From the NCBI GenBank assembly GCA_038043285.1, contig JBBTCJ010000007.1:21488-85487 (forward strand): a stretch of DNA of 64,000 nt. Direction: 5' to 3'. Position numbers and translations under genes: made by a program. The notes beneath the pieces were generated by a model. The model saw nothing but the letters and a program-made list of their open reading frames with translations, was not told the origin of the DNA and did no database searches. The stretch is from Planctomycetota bacterium. Its GTDB lineage: Bacteria; Planctomycetota; Phycisphaerae; UBA1845. Positions 17,689 through 25,646 of this stretch are shown here, piece by piece. Position 1 is the first letter of the stretch, and every line of letters starts with the position of its first letter.

Positions 17689-19938
17689 CTACATGGCCGA
17701 GGTACGCATTTCCATCGGTTGTTTCAACAACCACAGACTGAACACGCTGAAACAGATCATCGCGCCGAGCATGGGCAATTGACTGCGAAACGCGGCCCGC
17801 GCGTCGCCGAACAAGCGCAGCGAAGTCCGCTGCGCGATCCAGAGGCTGTACACGTGGCCGACCAGGACCAGGAATACCTGTATGATCCAGAGTTTGTCGA
17901 GCGAAATCATCGGCGGGATCACCCAGCCGGCGGTCCCCAGGACGTTCCATCCCCATCCAAGCGGGTCGGAGAGGATCGCCAGCGCCTTGGGGCCTTCCAT
18001 CAGCAGGTGCTCGGAGTTGTGCGCGATGTGATAGAAGAGCGCTATGGGAAGCAGGGCGTAGGCGTAGCGAATGAAATAGTCCCGGTAGCGCAACGTCTGC
18101 CTCGCCCGCCCCCGACCGAGGCACACGGACAGGGCCACCAGCGCCGCATACGCAGCCACCGGGGCCAGCATGAGGATACCCATGCCCGCGGAGAAGCCAA
18201 GAATTCTTCCCACGCCGCCGGCCGTTCGTATGGCGTCGATCATCTGCTGCCAGACCGGGGTCATGGTCAAGCCGTGGAAGCCGGTGATGGCAAGCATGAG
18301 CAAGGCCAGATAAGCCTCGTCGGTTCGCGGTTTGCCGTCGACGACGAGGTCCGCGCCCCAGGGACGAAGATTGACGGACAGGTTGTGCTCGGGACAGGCC
18401 TGCACGCATTCCATGCACTGAATGCAATAGGTGTTGGTCGCCAGCTTCCCGGGATACAGGAACGTCGGGCAACCGTAGGCCGTCTCGCTTCCGGTGACGC
18501 ACTCCTTGCCGCGGCACGCAGTGCAGGTCCGCGGGTTGCGCGGGCGCACCTCGACGCTTGCGAAAAGGGCGTAGAGGCCGCTGACGCGACCGACCAGACA
18601 TCCGTACCTGCAAAAGCTCTTGCGATCAAAGAGCAGGGCCGCCCCGACGGCCATCAGCAGCATGGCGATCGCCAGGTAGGCGGTCACGCGCGGACGCATG
18701 GTCACGCCGAAACCGAGCTCGATCCAGGTCAATCCGACGAACAGAATGGTGGCGATGGAAATGTTGCGGATGACCTTCGGCCATTTCCACCCCAGGCTCA
18801 GTCCGTCGTCGATTTTGCGCCAAAGCGACAGCTTCTCACTCCACTCTGCAAGGGCGTCCCAAGGACAGACATAGCACCATGCTTTTCCCGCGAAAAGGAT
18901 GAGAACAATGAGCAATCCCCACCAGATGGTCCAGGTGAGGATGGGGGCAATGTTTTGCGCCGGGTTCTGATTTCCCCACAAGCCGGCGGCCACGATCAGG
19001 ACGAAAAACACGACCGTGATCATCCGCAGAATGAACCGGAACGGGCGCGACCGAAACGCCGCCGCAATCCAGGCGACTTTCATCAGGTCCATGCGATCCG
19101 CGGTTCCCGCGGCCGTCGCGACCACACGCGGGGTCGATACGGCGTGCAGCACCGGAAGGGTCAACGCCCCCGATGCGTGCCGTTGCATGACCTCACCGCC
19201 CAGCAAGCGCTCGCCTTCGCCGGAGATGGCGTCGCGGTTGAATCGCGGGAAGGTTGGTCGGTGACCTGTGGAATCCACGGTTGGGCTGCCGGCGTAGCGG
19301 CTGATCCATTCGAAGACGCCAAAGCTCACGAGCAGGACCAGCGCGATCGAGGCATAGTACAGCCACGATGGGATACCCCACATGGAGTGCATGAAAAACG
19401 CGGCGGGATCCTGCTTGAATTGCGTTCGATGCTCTTCACTGCAAAGGTGGTAGGTTCGCTCAAGGTACGTCGCGGGGAAGGATCGCGGATCCGTCAGCCG
19501 CTGCCGGCATACCAGGCACCGCGCGTGCAGGAAATGTTCCGGATCGGCGTCGAATCGTTGCTTGCACTTCTCGGCGCAGAACTGGTAGATCTGCCCATTG
19601 TGGACCGACTGAATGCCCCAGGCCGCGTTGACCTCCATCTGACAAACGACGTCGACGATCCGTTCGCCTGAAGATGTTGCCGCCGCGGATGGACCCCGCT
19701 CGCCGGCGAGGAACCTTCGCCGGCAGCCAGGATTGCAGAAATAGACCGTCCTTCCGTCAATGTCAGCGGCCAGCGCGTCCCCGGGATCGACCGCCATGCC
19801 GCACGGCGCACAGATGGCCTTGGCGGCGGCGGGCACGGTCGTTATGGCCGGTCGGCGCCACGCCACGTTCGAGGCGGCCACGACGGCGACGACGCCGGCC
19901 AGCACTAAGTATGGGAAGAACAGCATGAACCGCTTCAT
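17689..19938 (-). CDS. Triple-YHS-domain / NapH-like polytopic 4Fe-4S membrane protein
   Basis: ATG at 19938 with a GGGAGGGG RBS. After a TM anchor come three YHS/TRASH-type units: CAPCGM..YFCNPGCRRRF, CQMEV..YQFCAEKCKQRF, and CLVCRQ..YHLCSEEHRTQF. Multiple TM helices follow, with CYVCPWD, FCRYGCLVGR and ferredoxin motifs CTACRGKEC / CIQCMECVQACP. Confidence 0.7.
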   Translation of the reverse strand: MKRFMLFFPYLVLAGVVAVVAASNVAWRRPAITTVPAAAKAICAPCGMAVDPGDALAADIDGRTVYFCNPGCRRRFLAGERGPSAAATSSGERIVDVVCQMEVNAAWGIQSVHNGQIYQFCAEKCKQRFDADPEHFLHARCLVCRQRLTDPRSFPATYLERTYHLCSEEHRTQFKQDPAAFFMHSMWGIPSWLYYASIALVLLVSFGVFEWISRYAGSPTVDSTGHRPTFPRFNRDAISGEGERLLGGEVMQRHASGALTLPVLHAVSTPRVVATAAGTADRMDLMKVAWIAAAFRSRPFRFILRMITVVFFVLIVAAGLWGNQNPAQNIAPILTWTIWWGLLIVLILFAGKAWCYVCPWDALAEWSEKLSLWRKIDDGLSLGWKWPKVIRNISIATILFVGLTWIELGFGVTMRPRVTAYLAIAMLLMAVGAALLFDRKSFCRYGCLVGRVSGLYALFASVEVRPRNPRTCTACRGKECVTGSETAYGCPTFLYPGKLATNTYCIQCMECVQACPEHNLSVNLRPWGADLVVDGKPRTDEAYLALLMLAITGFHGLTMTPVWQQMIDAIRTAGGVGRILGFSAGMGILMLAPVAAYAALVALSVCLGRGRARQTLRYRDYFIRYAYALLPIALFYHIAHNSEHLLMEGPKALAILSDPLGWGWNVLGTAGWVIPPMISLDKLWIIQVFLVLVGHVYSLWIAQRTSLRLFGDARAAFRSQLPMLGAMICFSVFSLWLLKQPMEMRTSAM

Positions 19939-19961
19939 GTATGCCCCTCCCGTAGGCATCG

Positions 19962-21506
19962 TTACACTGCCGGTTGCAAGGTACGGGTCGGCGACGTCGT
20001 AGAGCGTTCCCTGGCGCGACGGCGCTTCCGTTGAGCCGCTCGTACCGCAATCGCCGCCACCACCACCGCCGCGGCGGCTGCGACCACCAGTGACCCGGCG
20101 GCGCTGGGCTGACCCGCGATCATGACAAAGGGGATCACCTCGATCCGGCCCTCCACCGGCATCGACAGCTCGACCACGTACTCGCCGTCGGTCGGAAAGG
20201 CCACGTGTAGCTTGTACTGATTCTCCACCGCGGTGCGTTCGCTCGGCGGTATGACCAGCACGTTCTCCCCGAAGGTGCTGGTCTGAAGTATGCGAACGGA
20301 GATCGGCTGGGAGTAAACTTGCCTCGTTTCGCGGTCCTTGATGTACAGCGCCAGGTTGGCGGTCTCGCCGGGGACGGGAACGCCCGGAAAGGACGTCAAG
20401 AGCACGTCATACGGTCCGGTCGCGGCGGGATACTCCAGCGTCGGTCGCTGGGGATAATTCTCCTTATACGAATAGTGCGGCAACCCGAGAATATGATGTG
20501 CCCGGGCGGAATCGACCCCAAGCAGCAGGGCAGCCGCAACGCCGATGGCGGCGACCTTGGCGCGTCCGGCGCCAAGCCGCGTGGATTTTTGTCCGGGACG
20601 CGGCGAGGGAAGACCAATGGTGTAATACAGTGCCTGGGTTGGGCAATGACGTATGCAGACGCCACAATTATCACATTCAATGGACGATGACTGAGTGATG
20701 GGGTTGATGCCCTCCTCACAGACGGGGATGCAATCCCTGCAGCCGGTGCAGAGGTCGGCCCTGAGCCTGACGCGAACCGGACGAAGCCAGCCGAGCAGCC
20801 CGTACAAAGCCCCGCCCGGACACATGGTCCGGCACCACCAGCGCGGGGACACCAGCAACTCGAACGCCGCCATCAGTCCCAGCAACGCCAACATGCCGCT
20901 CAGGGTGGTGCCGAAGATCCACGCGTGTGCCGCCCGACTGATGACCGCCGGAGGATAGACGAGGGCGAAGAGCGGTCCGGAGGCGACGGCCGCAACCACC
21001 GCGCCGATGAGCAGAACAACGTACTTGTTGCGATGGGCGAAGCGCAATTCACCCGGTGGAATCTCCGCGAAGCGCAACAGCGCCCGCAGCTTGCCGCCGA
21101 TCTCAAAGAGCAGATACCCTGGGCAAATCCAACTGCAGAAGACCTTTCCCAACAACAGCGCCAAGGCGACGGGAATAGCAATGGAAACCCAAAGCGGCCC
21201 ATAGACGCTCTTTGAGGCCGCGGTCATTTCCAGAGCCGCCAGCGGGTCCGTCCAATTCACCCCGCCGACGCGCATCGACCACAACGTTCCCTTGTTGGAG
21301 TCGAGGAAGGTCTGCGGGTCATCCAGACCGTCAACGTAGGGATGAATACCCTGGGCAAGCGTCGCACTGCACTGACCGGACATCAGTACCGGATCCTCGA
21401 CAATACGTGCGGTTCGATAGTGGGCGTAAAGGCTCAGCATCGGCAGCGCGAACACCAGCAGCAACGTCAGCACCTGAACGCTTCGTCGAAGGAGCTGGAG
21501 GATCAT
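19962..21506 (-). CDS. napH: NapH/MauN-like membrane polyferredoxin with an extra C-terminal domain
   Basis: The ATG at 21506 overlaps the upstream stop (ATGA). TM helices carry CSWICPG and WWCRTMCPGG, followed by CTGCRDCIPVCE and CDNCGVCIRHCP. Then come a TM segment, a roughly 130-aa domain starting HHILGLPHYSY, and a final TM segment. Confidence 0.7.
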   Translation of the reverse strand: MILQLLRRSVQVLTLLLVFALPMLSLYAHYRTARIVEDPVLMSGQCSATLAQGIHPYVDGLDDPQTFLDSNKGTLWSMRVGGVNWTDPLAALEMTAASKSVYGPLWVSIAIPVALALLLGKVFCSWICPGYLLFEIGGKLRALLRFAEIPPGELRFAHRNKYVVLLIGAVVAAVASGPLFALVYPPAVISRAAHAWIFGTTLSGMLALLGLMAAFELLVSPRWWCRTMCPGGALYGLLGWLRPVRVRLRADLCTGCRDCIPVCEEGINPITQSSSIECDNCGVCIRHCPTQALYYTIGLPSPRPGQKSTRLGAGRAKVAAIGVAAALLLGVDSARAHHILGLPHYSYKENYPQRPTLEYPAATGPYDVLLTSFPGVPVPGETANLALYIKDRETRQVYSQPISVRILQTSTFGENVLVIPPSERTAVENQYKLHVAFPTDGEYVVELSMPVEGRIEVIPFVMIAGQPSAAGSLVVAAAAAVVVAAIAVRAAQRKRRRARERSTTSPTRTLQPAV

Positions 21507-22231
21507 GCGGCACTCTCCAGAGGATACACGGGGCGGCGCGTTCGCACGACGCGGATGGCCGGTTCGCCGCGGACCATGGTGCGGCAGATTTCCTCGCACA
21601 TGCCGCAGCCCACGCACGCTTCCAGGTGTACGATGGGGGCGAGGAATTGCCCCGGCTCCAGGGTGATCGCGCGGCCGCGCAACGGGCAGAAGGTGTAGCA
21701 CTCTCCGCAAGGCCCGCGCCGCTCCGCCTCTGCCTCGACCTCCGTCGGATGACGGCCCAGTTGGGTGAGCAATTCCTGCCGCGAGCGCAAATCCCGGGCC
21801 TTGAACGAAAGACACAAGTCTTCACTCAGTTCGACCTTGCCCATATCCACCGCGGTCATGTCGCCGAAGGGAAGGATCGCCCCGGTGGGACAAGCCGGGC
21901 CGCACTTATTGCAAAGCGTACAGCCCGCCTTCGCGGGGTCTACATATGGGGTGTGAAAATACGCACCGTCCCGCTCGGTGTAGAACTGGATGGCGCCCGG
22001 TTCGCAGGCGTCCTGGCAGCGATAGCAGCGAATGCACGCGGCGAAAAACTCCGCTTCGGGCAGCGATCCGGGCGGGCGGAGAATCCCTGCGGCCTTCGCG
22101 TACGGTCGCTTCACCGCGGGGTATTGCACCCACCGTCCGCGCGAAAGCCAATGGGCAATGCCGCCGACGACGAGCATGGCCAGGGTTGTGGCCATCGTGC
22201 CGACGACTTCGCGCCGGGTGGTCGCGGTCAT
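21503..22231 (-). CDS. napG: NapG/MauM-like TAT-signal 4Fe-4S ferredoxin (copy 2)
   Basis: Contains MTATTRREVVG.., LRPPGS, CIRCYRCQDACEP, CTLCNKCGPACP, CGECYTFCP and CVGCGMCEEIC. It has 4-nt ATGA overlaps on both sides. Confidence 0.65.
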   Translation of the reverse strand: MTATTRREVVGTMATTLAMLVVGGIAHWLSRGRWVQYPAVKRPYAKAAGILRPPGSLPEAEFFAACIRCYRCQDACEPGAIQFYTERDGAYFHTPYVDPAKAGCTLCNKCGPACPTGAILPFGDMTAVDMGKVELSEDLCLSFKARDLRSRQELLTQLGRHPTEVEAEAERRGPCGECYTFCPLRGRAITLEPGQFLAPIVHLEACVGCGMCEEICRTMVRGEPAIRVVRTRRPVYPLESAA

Positions 22232-22842
22232 GCGTGCCTCGCTTTCACCCGGACAGCATGGGGGTAGCGAATGCAGGCCCTTTCACATAAACCGCAGCCG
22301 ACGCAGGCATCGGGATTGACGCGGGGGCGCTCGTAGAGGCCGATGAGCATCGCTTCACCCGCGAACGGGCAAGCGCGGTAGCAGGCCCCGCACGTCCAGT
22401 TGTTGTAGGAATAGCACAGGTCGAAGTCCAGTTCGGCGATTCCAATCGCCACCTTGGCCTTGATGTCGTCACGATCCTTGCGCACCAGTTGCAGCGCGCC
22501 CGAGGGGCAAACGGAGGTGCAGCGGAGGAAGTCGCCGTCTGCGCCCATGCACAACATGCAGGCCGCCCGCCGGGGCTGCATGGTCGGAGTGCCCGCGACG
22601 TTTCCGCCGACGGACGTGGGGATGGATTCGAGGGCGTGATTGGGGCAGGCATCGACGCAGCGCATGCAGCGAATGCACGTGGCGGCGAACTGCTCCTCCG
22701 TCAGCGCCCCGGGCGGACGAAGGATCGGGTGGGCGAGCAGCGGCTGATTCTCCATCATGCCGGAGAAATAGGCCGCCCCGCCGATGGTCAACGTGACCGC
22801 GGCGCCTTGTTTGAGAAACTCGCGACGCCCGACGGCTGCCAT
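22228..22842 (-). CDS. napG: NapG/MauM-like TAT-signal 4Fe-4S ferredoxin (copy 1)
   Basis: Contains MAAVGRREFLKQGAAV (twin-Arg), LRPPGA, CIRCMRCVDACP, CMLC..CTSVCP, CGACYRACP and CVGCGLCERAC. It starts 2 nt after the napA-like stop. Confidence 0.65.
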   Translation of the reverse strand: MAAVGRREFLKQGAAVTLTIGGAAYFSGMMENQPLLAHPILRPPGALTEEQFAATCIRCMRCVDACPNHALESIPTSVGGNVAGTPTMQPRRAACMLCMGADGDFLRCTSVCPSGALQLVRKDRDDIKAKVAIGIAELDFDLCYSYNNWTCGACYRACPFAGEAMLIGLYERPRVNPDACVGCGLCERACIRYPHAVRVKARHA

Positions 22843-22844
22843 GC

Positions 22845-25646
22845 TCAGATGACCTCGATCCGGGCCGCAAGCTTTTTATAATCGCACTGCCCGCTGACCG
22901 GATCCCACGCCCGATGGCTGACGGAATTGACCAGCCAGCGGTTCTTCTTCGGGTCGGCGCTATCCGCCACCGACAGGTTCCACGGACTGAACATCAACCC
23001 CGGAGGAACTTCGGAGCGTGCCGGGCGAATCATGCTCTTTTGACCGATCGACGCCCGGGCTTCATACGACCCGCGCCGCGTGACCAGTCGCAGACGCATT
23101 CCGTCCTTGATGCCGAATCGCTTGGCGTCGTCGGCGTTGATTTCGACGTATTGTTCCGGGACGAGCTTCTGCGTCGTGGCTCCGCGAATGGTCTTGGCGC
23201 TATGGAAATGTTCATACACCACGCCCAGCCCCAACCAGAACGGATACACGTTCTGCGTTTTGTGGTCTTCCAGGGTCAGTTTCACGTCGCCGTAGGCGTC
23301 GAGGTGTGGAAGCTCCGGCGGGAGCCCGGCGTTGCGGGCTTCGACGAGAATCTTCGGCTGCCCCGCCAGCGGCCCCTCCGTGTGCATGTCGTCAATGAAG
23401 AACGGTCCCTCGCCGGGGGCGCGTTTGTCGCCGTAGGCCATCAACTTGTCGGTAATCTCCTTGATCCTGGTGTAATCCTGCTCGCAGAGCTTGAACTTGG
23501 CTTTCCCGTCGGGGTGGCGGAACGCTCCATAGGGTTTGCCCGCCCAGCCCTCCTGGCCGAGATAGCGCCTCGGCGTTCCGCCAGCCTTGGCGATCTCGTA
23601 ACTGGGCGCGGGCCATTGAATCCCACGAAGGCTTCGCAACTGATCGTAGGGAGTGACGCCGTCCTTCTCTTCGACCTCCAACAAGCCGGAGAAATCGGCG
23701 TCCGATCCCTTGCCGGCAGCGATGATGTCGCGGAATACCTCCTGCGGATCGTAGGCCATCAGTCCATTGCCCATCTTGATCTTTTTCTGATAGGGGAGAA
23801 TCTTTTCCCCATCCATGCCGAGCTTCTTGGCGAGTACCTTGCATTTGTCGATGGCCATGTCCATGTCCGGTCGGCAGTTCGGCGGCGGATTGACCGTCCC
23901 GTCGCAAATATAGAGCCGCCGCTCGGATTGGATATACGTTCCGCCGGTCCATTCACCCCAGGTGGCTGCCGGGAAAATCACGTCGGCGTAGAGGTTGTTG
24001 GGCGCGTGACGGTAGATGTCTTGCACCACGACGAACATCTTGGTCAGTGCCGGGCGCACCAGCGTGTCCAAGTCGGGCATGTGGACGTGCGTGGTGTACA
24101 TCCAGAACATGGCGTCCAGCCCGCCCTTCAGCGCCCGTTCCATCATTCCCAACACCATGCCGGGATTGGGGAGAACTGAGGTTTGCTGCAAGCGCTCGCG
24201 CGGAACGCGCCAGGCGTCGGCGATGTGGTCGCGCCAGGCGTCGTTGGTCAACGGTTGATTGAAGGGCAGTCGCCCGGTCAGACCGCCCATGAGGCGTTCG
24301 CTCATGGCGTTGGGCTGCCCGGTCTGCGAATGGCTCCCACAACCCGGACGACCGATGTTGCCGGTCAGCAGGTGCAGGTTGATGATGCTGATGGTGTTGT
24401 GCTGACCGTGAAGCATCTGGTTGTACCCGATGCCCCAGAAGGTCAGCACGCCGCCGCGACCGCGCTCGCGTCCGCGGATGGACGCCTCGGCCCACGCCTT
24501 GGCGACGTTCTCCAGGGTCTCCACGGTCACCCGTCCGCAGTCGAGGAGTTTCAACCGCTCGATCACCTGCTCCGGCGCATATCGTTGCAGTACGCCCTCC
24601 TTGTATTCCTTCCACCCGACGGTGTTCTGCTCCAGCCATTCCTCCGGCATGCACGCCTGCGGGTAACGCTTCATCAGGAGGTGCGCAATGGCGTTGAGGT
24701 AGCTGATGTCCCCGTTGAGCGTCGGAATGTGGTAGCTGTTGCGCGGGTTGATGTCTTCCAGCCCGATAACCGTGCCGGTTCGCCGCGGATCCGCCACCGA
24801 GGTCGGAATGTCGTGTTTGGCCTTGTGATCGGCCACCCGCCAGAACAGGATGGGATGCGCCTCGCGAGCGTTGTGACCCCAGAAGGTGATGAAATCCGCC
24901 TCCTCAATGTCCTCGTAACTGGTCGGCGGGGCGTCGGATCCGTAGGAATGGAAGTAGCCGGTCGCGGCGGAGGTCATGCACATCCGGGCGTTGGCCTCGA
25001 TCGAGTTGCTGCCGATGATCCCTTTCATCAGCAGGTTTTCGATCCATTGGGCCTCCATGGTGAGTTGACCCGACCCATTGAGTCCGATGGCATTAGGCCC
25101 CTTGGCCTTGATGATCTCGGCAATGCGTTCGGCCACGAGTTCCTCCGCCTCCTCGTAGGGCGCCTCGCGATAGACCTCGTCGTCAAAGCGTCCCTTGGTC
25201 GCGGAGACGTGCCCCTTGAGCGGATCGCTCGGGTCGCGGCGGATCAGCACCTTGGTGAGTCGATCGCGGTAGATCGGCTCGTGGGCGTTGAGACCCTTGA
25301 TGCACTGAATGCCGCGGTTGGTCGGATGCTTCTTGTCGGGAACCATGCCCACGACCTTGCCGCCCTCGGTCTTGATGAGCGTTCCGCAACCTACGCCGCA
25401 ATAGGGACAGGCGGCCTGGAGAAGCTTCACCTCGGGTGAGAGCTTCTCGTCCCCGCCCGGCGCATTCTGCGCCTGCACGAACTCTTCCGGGAGCATCGAG
25501 GTCGCCGCCACGGCGACGCCGGTGCCGGCGGCCATCTTCATGAACGCGCGCCGATCGAACGGCGCGGAGTGTTTCACCGTCCGGTGGTAGGTGCACGCGG
25601 TAGGTGCCGGCGGAAGGTTGACGACGTTCAGTTTTCGGTCACTCAT
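22845..25646 (-). CDS. napA: TAT-exported molybdopterin oxidoreductase, NapA-like (periplasmic nitrate reductase family)
   Basis: ATG at 25646 with a GGAG RBS. Twin-Arg signal DRRAFMKMAAGTGVAVAA. N-terminal 4Fe-4S motif CPYCGVGCG (CxxCxxxC). NRGIQCIKG and ANARMCMTSAATGY..YEDIEEADFITFWGHNAREAHPILFWRV align with E. coli NapA NRGLNCIKG and [39 protein letters not shown], including the Mo-ligand Cys. At 933 aa it is longer than typical NapA. Confidence 0.75.
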   Translation of the reverse strand: MSDRKLNVVNLPPAPTACTYHRTVKHSAPFDRRAFMKMAAGTGVAVAATSMLPEEFVQAQNAPGGDEKLSPEVKLLQAACPYCGVGCGTLIKTEGGKVVGMVPDKKHPTNRGIQCIKGLNAHEPIYRDRLTKVLIRRDPSDPLKGHVSATKGRFDDEVYREAPYEEAEELVAERIAEIIKAKGPNAIGLNGSGQLTMEAQWIENLLMKGIIGSNSIEANARMCMTSAATGYFHSYGSDAPPTSYEDIEEADFITFWGHNAREAHPILFWRVADHKAKHDIPTSVADPRRTGTVIGLEDINPRNSYHIPTLNGDISYLNAIAHLLMKRYPQACMPEEWLEQNTVGWKEYKEGVLQRYAPEQVIERLKLLDCGRVTVETLENVAKAWAEASIRGRERGRGGVLTFWGIGYNQMLHGQHNTISIINLHLLTGNIGRPGCGSHSQTGQPNAMSERLMGGLTGRLPFNQPLTNDAWRDHIADAWRVPRERLQQTSVLPNPGMVLGMMERALKGGLDAMFWMYTTHVHMPDLDTLVRPALTKMFVVVQDIYRHAPNNLYADVIFPAATWGEWTGGTYIQSERRLYICDGTVNPPPNCRPDMDMAIDKCKVLAKKLGMDGEKILPYQKKIKMGNGLMAYDPQEVFRDIIAAGKGSDADFSGLLEVEEKDGVTPYDQLRSLRGIQWPAPSYEIAKAGGTPRRYLGQEGWAGKPYGAFRHPDGKAKFKLCEQDYTRIKEITDKLMAYGDKRAPGEGPFFIDDMHTEGPLAGQPKILVEARNAGLPPELPHLDAYGDVKLTLEDHKTQNVYPFWLGLGVVYEHFHSAKTIRGATTQKLVPEQYVEINADDAKRFGIKDGMRLRLVTRRGSYEARASIGQKSMIRPARSEVPPGLMFSPWNLSVADSADPKKNRWLVNSVSHRAWDPVSGQCDYKKLAARIEVI

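Noticed and set aside
17719-19671. 650-aa plus-strand ORF
   Set aside because: It lies antisense to the YHS/NapH-like membrane protein. It is extremely His/Arg/Gly/Asp-rich with no recognisable domain.
22914-25439. Two plus-strand ORFs of about 420 aa (22914-24179 and 24183-25439)
   Set aside because: They lie antisense to the NapA-like gene, whose frame carries clear family motifs. The products are low-complexity and Arg/Val/Gly-rich.
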